DNA of 64,000 nucleotides from an uncultured Streptococcus sp. (GTDB lineage: Bacteria; Bacillota; Bacilli; Lactobacillales; Streptococcaceae). The notes beneath the pieces are model-generated. The model ran no database searches and had not been told where the DNA came from. It worked only from the letters and a program-made list of their open reading frames with translations. The stretch's first letter is position 1. Every line of letters begins with the position of its first letter. This document shows positions 18,605 through 28,304 of the stretch, piece after piece. The DNA lies in assembly GCF_905372115.1 (NCBI RefSeq), contig NZ_CAJPNR010000004.1, forward strand, positions 3,062-67,061. The letters are read 5' to 3'. Both the position numbers and the translations under genes were made by a program.

Positions 18605-20549
18605 TCAAATGCGGCAGTTGTCTCTGCTTCTGCCCAAGGAACTGCTGGATCAGCTTCTCTTTTACCTACAGGGTTTAGAGTCGGTTCAGATTCATGACTT
18701 GCGGCAGGAAGAGGACTGGCAGGCAGCCTTTGAGCAGACTTTAGTCGGCCGACCGGATCAGCAGCTATCTCAGCAGGATTTGCTCAGTCGTCAGGAAAAG
18801 CTCGAGAGGCTAATTGCAGAGCTAGAGTCTTTTATGCCCAAAAAGAAACTGCTGGAATCCTTAAAAGAAGAGCCTTTGGAGCTGTCCTTTGCTGCTTTGG
18901 AGCAGGCAGGGAAGGCCCGAGATGAGGAGGCACTGCTGGAAGGAATCAGCAAGCAGCTCAAGGTCTTGCAAGAGGCCAAGGGTCAGATAGAAGCTGATCG
19001 CTTAGAAGTGGCTGCGCTGGAGAAGTGGGAGCCACTGGAGCTAACACCGCAAGCAGCTGCGACTTTCAGCCATCTGGGAGCTTTGATTGGGACGATTCCT
19101 AATACCGACGACGATGCTCTGCGCTTGGCTCTGGGAGCACATCCTGACCTGAAGTTTCAGGAAGTCTTTACCGATGATACGGAGCATGGGGTTCTTATTT
19201 TTTACAAGACAGGCTCTCTGGAAGAAGTACGCAAAATCTTGAAAGAGTATGGCTTTAAGCCTTTTGAGTATGACCGTGAGGAGCTACCTGCTGAGCGGGT
19301 AGCCCAGCTCAAGGCCAATATTCGACAGCAGGAGGCGGTGGCAGATGTTATGACCAAGAGTCTGGCAGCTTCCAAGAATGAACTGGATCAACTCAAGGTT
19401 CAGCTGGACTATCTCTGCAATCTCTCCTCTCGCCAAGAAAGTAAAAATCAGTTAGCCAGCACGCAAAATCTGGCAGCCTTGGAAGGCTGGATCGAAAGCA
19501 ATCAGGTTCAAGCTCTTGAGGCTTGCTTGAAGGAGCAGTTTGGTCAGAGCATTCTCATCCAGACCAGAGAAATTCGACAGGACGAGGAAGATAAGGTTCC
19601 GACCAAACTTAAAAACAATGTCTTGGTGGAGCCCTTCGAGCTAGTGACGGAGATGTATTCCTTGCCTAAGTATGGTGATAAGGATCCAACCCCCGTCGTT
19701 TCCCTATTTTATTTTGTATTCTTTGGCATGATGGTTGCCGACATTGGCTACGGCCTCTTACTCTTTGTGGGCACTAGCCTGGCGCTGCACTTCTTGCATG
19801 TCAAGCCGGGACTGGCTAAGAATCTGCGATTCTTCCGCCTGCTGGGTGTGGCAGTCATCATCTGGGGACTGGTTTATGGTTCTTTCTTTGGCTTTGAACT
19901 GCCTTTCGCTCTCATTAGCACCAGTTCCGACGCCATGACGATTCTGGTTATTTCGGTCGTCTTTGGCTTTGTTACAGTGCTGGCTGGCCTCTTCCTCAGT
20001 GGTTTGAAAAATATCCGCCTCAAGGATTATGCAGAAGCATACAATGCAGGCTTTGCTTGGGTGTTGATTTTGCTAGGACTGCTGCTCTTGGCCTTGGGGA
20101 ATTTCTTCCCATCCTTGGCTTTTGCGGCAACGATTGGTCAGTGGCTGGCCATCATCAATGCTCTGGGTATACTGGCAGTATCCATTGTCAGTGCTAAGAG
20201 CTTGGCAGGATTAGGGTCAGGTCTCTTTAATCTCTACAATGTCAGCAGCTATGTAGGAGACCTTGTCAGCTTTACGCGGCTGATGGCTCTGGGGCTTTCG
20301 GGAGCCAGCATTGGCTCGGCTTTTAACTTGATTGTCAGCCTCTTTCCACCTGTCGCTCGCTTTAGCATTGGCATTCTGCTCTTTATTGCCCTGCATTTGG
20401 TCAATATGTTTCTATCTTTTCTGTCCGGTTATGTGCACGGAGCGCGTTTGATTTTCGTGGAATTCTTCGGGAAATTTTACGATGGTGGCGGCAAGCCTTT
20501 CACTCCGCTCAAGCCTAGTCAGAAATACGTTCAGCAAAGCAAGAAATAA
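18594..20549 (+). CDS. ntpI: V-type ATPase subunit I (a-subunit)
   Basis: 651 aa with a hydrophilic N-terminal half and a 7-8 TM C-terminal half containing the conserved SFTRLMALGLSGA region. Confidence 0.9.
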   Translation: MAISQMRQLSLLLPKELLDQLLFYLQGLESVQIHDLRQEEDWQAAFEQTLVGRPDQQLSQQDLLSRQEKLERLIAELESFMPKKKLLESLKEEPLELSFAALEQAGKARDEEALLEGISKQLKVLQEAKGQIEADRLEVAALEKWEPLELTPQAAATFSHLGALIGTIPNTDDDALRLALGAHPDLKFQEVFTDDTEHGVLIFYKTGSLEEVRKILKEYGFKPFEYDREELPAERVAQLKANIRQQEAVADVMTKSLAASKNELDQLKVQLDYLCNLSSRQESKNQLASTQNLAALEGWIESNQVQALEACLKEQFGQSILIQTREIRQDEEDKVPTKLKNNVLVEPFELVTEMYSLPKYGDKDPTPVVSLFYFVFFGMMVADIGYGLLLFVGTSLALHFLHVKPGLAKNLRFFRLLGVAVIIWGLVYGSFFGFELPFALISTSSDAMTILVISVVFGFVTVLAGLFLSGLKNIRLKDYAEAYNAGFAWVLILLGLLLLALGNFFPSLAFAATIGQWLAIINALGILAVSIVSAKSLAGLGSGLFNLYNVSSYVGDLVSFTRLMALGLSGASIGSAFNLIVSLFPPVARFSIGILLFIALHLVNMFLSFLSGYVHGARLIFVEFFGKFYDGGGKPFTPLKPSQKYVQQSKK

Positions 20550-20678
20550 AGATTAGAAACTATGGTAAGAGATGAGAAGCCCATCTTAAGAAATACAGTT
20601 TCTACAACATCAAAACAAGCAACATTCATTCAACTAGCTGTTGGTTTTACGACGATTACAGCATTTTCATAGGAGTAA

Positions 20679-21161
<483 letters not shown>

Positions 21162-21171
21162 GGAGGCTTTT

Positions 21172-21762
21172 ATGTCTGACATATCAGATCTCAAAGCTTC
21201 TGTCTTGGAGCAGGCTCACGAGAAGGGGCGTCTGCTTTTGGCTGAGGCTACTGAGAAAATAGAGCAGGAAGCCAAGGAACGTGAGGCCAAGCTGGTTCGG
21301 CAAAAGCTTGGACAGCGGGAGCAGCAGCTGAAAGAAATCAGCCGGCGCAGTCAGCGCGATATTCAGCAGTTGGAAAATCAAAAGCGCCAGTCTACTTTGG
21401 TTATCAAGCAGCGGGTTCTCAGAGAACTTTTTGAAGAGGCTTATGCTCAGATGGCGGCTTGGTCATCAGATGAAGAGGAACATTTTCTAAAGAGTGTCCT
21501 GGCTAAATATCCAGAGGAAGAGTTGACGCTGGTTTTCGGTGCTCTGTCTGCTGAGAAATTCAGCTTCAGCCAGTTAGAAGGCTTGAAAAAAGCCTTTCCA
21601 AAAGTGTCTTTTTCAGACCAGTCCATAGTCGGCCAGGCAGGTTTTGTACTAAGCCAGGGACGGGTGGATGACAGCTATCTCTATCGTGACTTGCTGGACT
21701 CTGTCTGGCAGGAGGAAAGCTACCGTCTGGCTCAGGATATTTTCAAAGACCAGGCAGAATAG
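21172..21762 (+). CDS. ntpE: V-type ATPase subunit E
   Basis: 196 aa with a long charged N-terminal helix and a globular C-terminus; position in the operon. Confidence 0.85.
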   Translation: MSDISDLKASVLEQAHEKGRLLLAEATEKIEQEAKEREAKLVRQKLGQREQQLKEISRRSQRDIQQLENQKRQSTLVIKQRVLRELFEEAYAQMAAWSSDEEEHFLKSVLAKYPEEELTLVFGALSAEKFSFSQLEGLKKAFPKVSFSDQSIVGQAGFVLSQGRVDDSYLYRDLLDSVWQEESYRLAQDIFKDQAE

Positions 21763-21772
21763 GAGGCGGACC

Positions 21773-22786
21773 ATGAGTGAAACAAGCTTCTCTCAAGTCA
21801 ATACAGCCATTAGTGTGCAGGAGGCTTCCTTTTTGACGCCCCAGCAATATGATCAGTTGCTGCAGGCTGACGATCCTGCCAGTCGTTCGGCTCTTCTGCA
21901 GGGGACGGTTTACGCCATGGATGCTGAAGCAATCAAGGATCTCAATGCCATTGAGCAAGTACTGATGAAGCATTTGTATTCCGTTTATAATTGGGCGCTT
22001 GAGATTAGTCCTAGTAAAGAGCTGGTGGAGATTTTCACGCTCCGCTATACCTACCACAATCTCAAAGTCTTTCTCAAGGGTCGGGCGACAGGTCAGTCCT
22101 TGGAGCATTTGCTGATGCCGGTGGGGACCTATTCGCTGGAGGTTTTGGAGCACTTGGTCATGGCCTTTTCGGCTGAGTATTGTCCAGATTTCATGCTGGA
22201 CGAGGTGCTTGCGACCTGGCAGGAATATCAGGATTATCAGGATGTGCGCGTGCTGGAGATTGGCATGGATATGGCTTATTTCCAGCATCTCAAGCGCCTG
22301 ACACAGGAGTTGGAAGATGAGAGCCTGCTGCAGCTGGTGAATCTGACTATTGATTTTTACAATGCCATCACCGTCAAGCGGGCTGTTGTCTTGGACAAAC
22401 CGCGCAGCTTTATGAGGCAGCTCTTGTCTGATGAGGGAAGTCTTTCTGCTGCCAACTGGATTGCCATGGCAGAGCAGGGGGATTTCTTGACTTGGTTTAG
22501 CCAGATCAATCCCTGTGGTTACGATTTGGAACTGCGCTCCAATGAGGAAAAAATGCGGAACCAGACCTTGACGACAGTAGAGTTAGAATATCTAGCGGAC
22601 CTCTTGCAGGCTAAGTTGCTGGCGGCTGGTCAGTTTGAGACAGATGGACCGCTCCCTCTGGCCCGCTATCTGCTGGGCAAGGAGCTGGAAGTCAAGAATC
22701 TGCGGTTGATTTTGACCGGCATGGACAATCAGCTGCCAGTAGAGCTTATCAGAGAAAGGATGCGACCGATTTATGGACAAGACTAG
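21773..22786 (+). CDS. ntpC: V-type ATPase subunit C (d-type)
   Basis: ATG at 21773 after AGGAGG; about 337 aa all-helical protein. The ORF-track start 21668 overlaps ntpE. Confidence 0.85.
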   Translation: MSETSFSQVNTAISVQEASFLTPQQYDQLLQADDPASRSALLQGTVYAMDAEAIKDLNAIEQVLMKHLYSVYNWALEISPSKELVEIFTLRYTYHNLKVFLKGRATGQSLEHLLMPVGTYSLEVLEHLVMAFSAEYCPDFMLDEVLATWQEYQDYQDVRVLEIGMDMAYFQHLKRLTQELEDESLLQLVNLTIDFYNAITVKRAVVLDKPRSFMRQLLSDEGSLSAANWIAMAEQGDFLTWFSQINPCGYDLELRSNEEKMRNQTLTTVELEYLADLLQAKLLAAGQFETDGPLPLARYLLGKELEVKNLRLILTGMDNQLPVELIRERMRPIYGQD

Positions 22787-23093
22787 CTACAAGATTGCTG
22801 TCGTGGGGAATCGCGATACCATTCTTCCATTTAAGCTGATTGGTTTTCAGACCTTTCCAGTGAAGGAAGCTCAGGAGACGGTCAATACCCTGCGTCGGCT
22901 AGCCCGCGAAGATTTCGGCATTATCTATCTGACGGAGGATATGGCTGCGGATATTCCAGAAACCCTGGCCTACTATGACCAGCTGGAGGTTCCTGCTCTT
23001 GTGCTCATTCCTACCCATAAGGGGAGCACGGGACTGGCTCTTTCGCGGATTCATGAAAATGTCGAAAAGGCTGTCGGACAAGATATATTGTGA
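22773..23093 (+). CDS. V-type ATPase subunit F (NtpG in E. hirae nomenclature)
   Basis: 106 aa starting YKIAVVGNRDTILPFKLIGF; overlaps ntpC by 14 nt. Confidence 0.85.
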   Translation: MDKTSYKIAVVGNRDTILPFKLIGFQTFPVKEAQETVNTLRRLAREDFGIIYLTEDMAADIPETLAYYDQLEVPALVLIPTHKGSTGLALSRIHENVEKAVGQDIL

Positions 23094-23100
23094 GGTTTTT

Positions 23101-23796
23101 ATGCGAATCAATGAACTAGGCCAATCCATTGGGGATGCTCTGCCGGATTTTCAGCCGGGGGACTTGCCCAAACTGGAGCGAATCGAAGGCCAGTATGTTA
23201 TTATCGAGCGTTTGTCCAAGGACGAGCATGGGGCCGATTTATACGAAGTGTATGGCCCGGATTCTCCTGCAGATATGTGGACCTATCTCTTTCAAAATCC
23301 TGTCCAAAGTCAGGAAGAATGGTCCAAGTTGCTAGAACAGATGCTGGCAGCACAGGATCGTTTCCACTATGCCATTTTGGACAAGGAGAGCGGTAAGGCT
23401 CTGGGAACTTTTGCCTTGATGAGGATTGACCGAAATAACCGCGTTATCGAAGTGGGTGCTGTGACCTATTCGCCCAAGCTGAAACGCACCAGACTGGCTA
23501 CTGAAGCTCAGTACTTGCTGGCACGCTATGTCTTTGAAGAGCTGGAGTATCGCCGCTACGAATGGAAATGCGATGCCCTCAATCAGCCTTCAAGACGGGC
23601 AGCAGAGCGGCTTGGTTTCACCTATGAAGGCAGGTTTCGTCAGGCGGTAGTCTATAAGGGGCGCAACCGAGACACGGACTGGCTGTCTATGATTGACAAG
23701 GATTGGCCGGCCGTCAAGAGCCGTCTAGAAAAATGGCTAAGCCCAGACAATTTCGACGAAAATGGTCAGCAAATAAAAGCCTTATCTGATTTTTAA
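23101..23796 (+). CDS. GNAT-family N-acetyltransferase (RimJ/RimL-like) embedded in the V-ATPase operon
   Basis: 231 aa. ATG at 23101 lies 7 nt after the subunit F stop. Acetyltransferase core: VIEVGAVTYSPKLKRTRLATEAQYLLARYVFEELEYRRYEWKCDALNQPSRRAAERLGFTYEG. Confidence 0.85.
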   Translation: MRINELGQSIGDALPDFQPGDLPKLERIEGQYVIIERLSKDEHGADLYEVYGPDSPADMWTYLFQNPVQSQEEWSKLLEQMLAAQDRFHYAILDKESGKALGTFALMRIDRNNRVIEVGAVTYSPKLKRTRLATEAQYLLARYVFEELEYRRYEWKCDALNQPSRRAAERLGFTYEGRFRQAVVYKGRNRDTDWLSMIDKDWPAVKSRLEKWLSPDNFDENGQQIKALSDF

Positions 23797-23810
23797 AATA
23801 AAAAGAAACA

Positions 23811-23860
23811 ATCCTTGCCCTAGAGTTAGCTAAGAAGGATTTCAAGCTCGCGGCAAGGAT
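23811..23860. promoter_or_regulatory. 9-bp perfect stem-loop in the 164-bp gap between the GNAT gene and ntpA
   Basis: ATCCTTGCC-(32 nt)-GGCAAGGAT. It is followed by CAAAAAAC on the plus strand, so there is no plus-strand T tract; the T-rich flank is on the minus strand. Confidence 0.5.
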
Positions 23861-23960
23861 CAAAAAACACTCTTTGGAAATGGAATTCAAACTGTTACTT
23901 AGTTTGCTCTTTGATTTTCATTGAGAAGGAACAAAAATCTCCCAAGAATGGAGGAAGATT

Positions 23961-25751
23961 GTGAGTCAAGGAAAGATTATCAAAGTTTCTGGTCCTCTGG
24001 TGCTGGCATCAGGGATGCAGGAAGCGAATATTCAGGATATCTGCCGAGTTGGCGATTTGGGGCTAATCGGTGAAATTATCGAAATGCGGCGGGACCAAGC
24101 CTCTATTCAGGTTTATGAAGAAACTTCTGGCTTGGGTCCGGGAGAGCCGGTCATCACAACTGGAAGCCCTCTGTCCGTTGAACTGGGTCCAGGTCTGATT
24201 TCTCAGATGTTTGACGGGATTCAGCGGCCTTTGGAGCGTTTCCAGACCATCACGGAGAGCGACTTCCTCGTCCGTGGTGTCCAACTGCCAAATCTAGACC
24301 GAGAGGCTAAGTGGGATTTCGTTCCAGGTCTGTCTGTCGGAGATACAGTTGAGGCTGGCGATATTCTGGGAACGGTGCAGGAGACCAATCTGGTGGAGCA
24401 CCGCATCATGGTGCCGGTCGGCGTCAGTGGACGCTTGGTCAATATTTCAGCTGGCAGTTTCACTGTTGAAGAGACTGTTTACGAGATTGAGCAGGCGGAC
24501 GGTTCTGTCTTTAAAGGGACTCTCATGCAAAAATGGCCGGTCCGTCGTGGGCGTCCTTTTGCTCAGAAGCTGATTCCAGTTGAGCCTTTGGTGACTGGTC
24601 AGCGGGTCATCGATACCTTCTTCCCAGTAACCAAGGGCGGAGCAGCAGCCGTACCAGGACCATTCGGGGCTGGTAAGACTGTCGTCCAGCACCAGGTGGC
24701 CAAGTTTGCCAATGTTGACATCGTTATCTATGTCGGCTGCGGTGAGCGTGGCAATGAGATGACCGACGTGCTTAATGAATTTCCAGAACTAATTGACCCA
24801 GCAACTGGCCAGTCCATCATGCAGCGGACGGTGCTGATTGCCAACACCTCCAATATGCCGGTGGCGGCTCGGGAAGCATCGATTTACACAGGGATTACGA
24901 TAGCAGAATACTTCCGTGACATGGGTTATTCCGTTGCCATCATGGCGGACTCCACCTCTCGCTGGGCAGAAGCTCTGCGGGAAATGTCCGGCCGTCTGGA
25001 AGAAATGCCAGGCGACGAAGGCTATCCTGCCTATCTTGGCAGCCGGATTGCTGAGTATTACGAGCGGGCTGGCCGGGTCAAGACGCTCGGTTCAACTGCG
25101 CGCGAAGGCTCTATAACTGCTATAGGGGCCGTATCACCTCCGGGTGGAGATATTTCTGAGCCAGTGACGCAAAATACCCTGCGGATTGTCAAGGTCTTCT
25201 GGGGCTTGGATGCCCAGTTGGCTCAACGTCGGCATTTCCCAGCTATCAACTGGTTGAGCTCTTACTCACTCTACCTAGACGAAGTGGGAGCATATATCGA
25301 CCAGCATGAGAAGATTGCTTGGGCGGAAAAGGTGACCAAGGCCATGAATATTCTGCAAAAGGAAAGTGAGTTGCAGGAAATCGTGCGTTTGGTGGGCTTG
25401 GATTCCTTGTCTGAAAAGGATAGGCTGACCATGAATGCAGCCAAGATGATCCGCGAGGACTATCTGCAGCAGAATGCCTTTGATGATGTGGACACCTATA
25501 CTTCTTTCAAAAAACAGGTAGCTTTATTGAGCAATATCCTAACCTTTGATGCGGAGGCCAATCGTGCCTTGGAGCTGGGGGCTTATTTCCGGGAAATCAT
25601 GGAAGGAACGGTGGAGCTGTGTGACCGAATTGCCCGCAGTAAGTTTATCCACGAAGACCAGTTGGAAAAAATCCAGGCCCTCAGTCAGACTATCGAGGAA
25701 ACTCTGCACCAGATTCTTGCCCAAGGAGGACTAGACAATGAGCGTCATTAA
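23961..25751 (+). CDS. ntpA: V-type ATPase catalytic subunit A
   Basis: GTG start after GGAGGA; Walker A GPFGAGKT; about 596 aa with the non-homologous insert typical of A subunits. Confidence 0.97.
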   Translation: MSQGKIIKVSGPLVLASGMQEANIQDICRVGDLGLIGEIIEMRRDQASIQVYEETSGLGPGEPVITTGSPLSVELGPGLISQMFDGIQRPLERFQTITESDFLVRGVQLPNLDREAKWDFVPGLSVGDTVEAGDILGTVQETNLVEHRIMVPVGVSGRLVNISAGSFTVEETVYEIEQADGSVFKGTLMQKWPVRRGRPFAQKLIPVEPLVTGQRVIDTFFPVTKGGAAAVPGPFGAGKTVVQHQVAKFANVDIVIYVGCGERGNEMTDVLNEFPELIDPATGQSIMQRTVLIANTSNMPVAAREASIYTGITIAEYFRDMGYSVAIMADSTSRWAEALREMSGRLEEMPGDEGYPAYLGSRIAEYYERAGRVKTLGSTAREGSITAIGAVSPPGGDISEPVTQNTLRIVKVFWGLDAQLAQRRHFPAINWLSSYSLYLDEVGAYIDQHEKIAWAEKVTKAMNILQKESELQEIVRLVGLDSLSEKDRLTMNAAKMIREDYLQQNAFDDVDTYTSFKKQVALLSNILTFDAEANRALELGAYFREIMEGTVELCDRIARSKFIHEDQLEKIQALSQTIEETLHQILAQGGLDNERH

Positions 25752-27132
25752 AGAATACCGCACCGTCAGTGAAGTTGTCGGCCCTCTGATGATTGTCGAC
25801 CAAGTTGCTGGCGTGCATTTCAATGAATTGGTAGAAATCCAGCTGCATGACGGCAGCAAGCGTCAAGGGCAGGTCTTGGAAGTCCAAGAAGACAAGGCTA
25901 TGGTCCAGCTTTTTGAGGGATCTAGCGGTATCAATCTGGAAAAAGCCAAGGTCCGCTTTACCGGCCGTCCGCTAGAGCTGCCAGTGTCAGAAGACATGGT
26001 GGGACGGATTTTCAATGGCATGGGCAAGCCAATTGATGGCGGCCCAGCTATCTTGCCAGAAAAATATCTGGATATTGACGGTCAAGCCATCAATCCAGTA
26101 GCTCGCGACTATCCGGATGAGTTTATTCAGACTGGAATTTCGGCCATCGACCACCTTAATACCTTGGTTCGGGGACAGAAACTGCCAGTATTTTCTGGCT
26201 CTGGTCTGCCCCACAAGGAATTAGCCGCTCAAATCGCCCGTCAGGCAACGGTGCTCAACTCTGATGAAAACTTCGCCGTAGTCTTTGCGGCCATGGGGAT
26301 TACCTTTGAAGAAGCCGAGTTCTTCATGAATGACCTCCGGGAGACAGGAGCAATTGACCGCTCGGTGCTCTTTATCAATCTGGCTAATGATCCAGCTATC
26401 GAGCGGATTGCGACGCCGCGGATTGCCCTGACAGCAGCTGAGTACCTGGCTTATGAAAAGGATATGCACGTTCTGGTTATCATGACTGACATGACCAATT
26501 ACTGTGAAGCCCTGCGGGAAGTTTCCGCAGCTCGTCGTGAGGTGCCGGGCCGTCGTGGGTATCCGGGTTACCTCTATACTAACCTGTCCACCCTCTATGA
26601 GCGGGCTGGACGTCTGGTCGGCAAGAAAGGCTCAGTGACTCAGATTCCAATCCTGTCCATGCCAGAGGATGATATTACCCATCCGATTCCGGATTTGACG
26701 GGCTATATTACGGAAGGTCAGATTATCCTTTCACGCGACCTTTACAATAGTGGCTATCGTCCGCCCATCAATGTCCTGCCATCTCTGTCTCGTCTCAAGG
26801 ACAAGGGTTCAGGTGAGGGCAAGACCAGAGGTGACCATGCTGCAACCATGAACCAGCTATTTGCCGCCTATGCCCAAGGCAAGCAGGCTAAGGAATTGGC
26901 AGTCGTTCTGGGAGAATCCGCCCTGTCCGAGACGGACAAGCTCTATGTTCGCTTTACTGACCGCTTCGAGCAGGAGTACATCAATCAAGGTTTCCAGACC
27001 AACCGAACCATTGAGGAAAGCTTGGATCTGGGTTGGGAACTCCTTTCCATCCTACCAAGAACAGAGCTTAAGCGGATCAAGGACGATATGATTGACCAAT
27101 ACCTGCCGCAGACCAAGGAGGAAGAAAGATGA
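25738..27132 (+). CDS. ntpB: V-type ATPase subunit B
   Basis: 464 aa non-catalytic B subunit (SGSGLPH in place of a P-loop); overlaps ntpA by 14 nt. Confidence 0.97.
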   Translation: MSVIKEYRTVSEVVGPLMIVDQVAGVHFNELVEIQLHDGSKRQGQVLEVQEDKAMVQLFEGSSGINLEKAKVRFTGRPLELPVSEDMVGRIFNGMGKPIDGGPAILPEKYLDIDGQAINPVARDYPDEFIQTGISAIDHLNTLVRGQKLPVFSGSGLPHKELAAQIARQATVLNSDENFAVVFAAMGITFEEAEFFMNDLRETGAIDRSVLFINLANDPAIERIATPRIALTAAEYLAYEKDMHVLVIMTDMTNYCEALREVSAARREVPGRRGYPGYLYTNLSTLYERAGRLVGKKGSVTQIPILSMPEDDITHPIPDLTGYITEGQIILSRDLYNSGYRPPINVLPSLSRLKDKGSGEGKTRGDHAATMNQLFAAYAQGKQAKELAVVLGESALSETDKLYVRFTDRFEQEYINQGFQTNRTIEESLDLGWELLSILPRTELKRIKDDMIDQYLPQTKEEER

Positions 27133-27752
27133 CGCGACTCAATGTCAAGCCGACTCGGATGGAGCTGAATAACTTAAAAGCCCGTCTCAAAACGGCTGTC
27201 CGTGGGCATAAATTGCTCAAGGACAAGCGGGATGAGCTGATGCGGCGCTTCATTGAGTCTGTTCGTGAGAATAATCAGCTTCGCCAAAAGGTCGAATCCG
27301 CTCTGGTCGGTCACCTGCAGGATTTTGTCATGGCCAAGGCGCTGGAGAGCGACTTCATGGTCGAGGAAATCTTTGCTGTGCCCATGCGGGAAGTCAATCT
27401 GCATGTGGAAACAGAGAATATCATGAGTGTGCGCGTGCCCAAGATGCACGCCCATATTGACAATCCCTACGGTGATGACGAGGGAGACGTGGTGTATAGC
27501 TATGTGGCATCTAACAGCCAAATGGATGAAACCATTGAAAGTATGAGCGATCTGCTTCCTGACCTGCTGCGACTGGCTGAAATTGAGAAAAGTTGCCAGC
27601 TCATGGCGGATGAAATCGAGAAAACACGCCGTCGGGTCAATGGACTAGAGTATGCTACCATCCCTGACCTCAAAGAAACCATCTACTACATCGAGATGAA
27701 GCTGGAAGAAGCCGAACGGGCCAGCCTCGTCCGAATGATGAAGGTGAAATAA
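27129..27752 (+). CDS. ntpD: V-type ATPase subunit D
   Basis: 207 aa starting [33 protein letters not shown]; 4-nt ATGA overlap with ntpB. Confidence 0.93.
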   Translation: MTRLNVKPTRMELNNLKARLKTAVRGHKLLKDKRDELMRRFIESVRENNQLRQKVESALVGHLQDFVMAKALESDFMVEEIFAVPMREVNLHVETENIMSVRVPKMHAHIDNPYGDDEGDVVYSYVASNSQMDETIESMSDLLPDLLRLAEIEKSCQLMADEIEKTRRRVNGLEYATIPDLKETIYYIEMKLEEAERASLVRMMKVK

Positions 27753-27772
27753 GATACCAAGACCGTTAAGAG

Positions 27773-27884
27773 TTCACAGCAAAAATAGGAAAATAGACGA
27801 AGAGGCGTTAGCCTCTAGGAGATTTTATCTTTTTTGTCCAGAGCTTAGGTCGGGTTCAATTTAGCAGAATATAAAAAAATCAAA
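27773..27884. repeat. Copy 1 of a duplicated ~100-bp intergenic element with a conserved hairpin
   Basis: Shares TTCACAGCAAAAATAG, CTAGGAGATTTTATCTTTTT and GAGCTTAGGTCGGGTTCA with copy 2; hairpin AGAGGC-gtta-GCCTCT at 27801-27816. Confidence 0.8.
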
Positions 27885-27902
27885 GAAAACTGATAAAAAA
27901 TA

Positions 27903-27948
27903 GGAACTGGACGAAGGATTCGATGAATCTGAGCCAGTTCTCTTTTTT
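27903..27948 (+). terminator. Strong terminator downstream of the V-ATPase operon
   Basis: GAACTGG ... CCAGTTC with an inner GATTC/GAATC stem, followed by TCTTTTTT. Confidence 0.85.
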
Positions 27949-28004
27949 CCGAGTTTTTAGCCGTAGCTCGATTTAGCTAGGCTAACCTAGACGGAATAGA
28001 TATA

Positions 28005-28107
28005 TTCACAGCAAAAATAGACAAAGAAGCGATGGCTTCTAGGAGATTTTATCTTTTTGCCAAGAGCTTAGGTCGGGTTCAGTTCACCAGAGTAGAAAAA
28101 ATTCAAA
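28005..28107. repeat. Copy 2 of the duplicated intergenic element
   Basis: Hairpin AGAAGC-gatg-GCTTCT at 28025-28040; compensatory G:C to A:T change relative to copy 1. Confidence 0.8.
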
Positions 28108-28126
28108 TAAGTCCAAAAGAAAAAAC

Positions 28127-28159
28127 AGAACCTCTCTAAATGGGGTTCTTTTTCTTTTT
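28127..28159 (+). terminator. Terminator-like hairpin after repeat copy 2
   Basis: AGAACC-(loop)-GGTTCT flanked by an A tract upstream and TTTTTCTTTTT downstream. Confidence 0.55.
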
Positions 28160-28304
28160 ACAAATATTTATATGTTACAAACAAATCTCCATATTACAGG
28201 GGGCAGACAGTTCTGTTAAATAGGTCGAAAAAGGCTTTTTTCTTAGAAGATTTATGGTAAGATGGTTTTCGTATCATGAATGATTAGGAAGGTGCATTTT
28301 GCAT

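Noticed and set aside
27773-28107. Hypothesis that the duplicated elements are CiaR-dependent csRNA genes.
   Set aside because: No TTTAAG-N5-TTTAAG CiaR repeat is present upstream on either strand. The anti-SD-like motif alone is insufficient. They are kept only as generic sRNA/repeat candidates.
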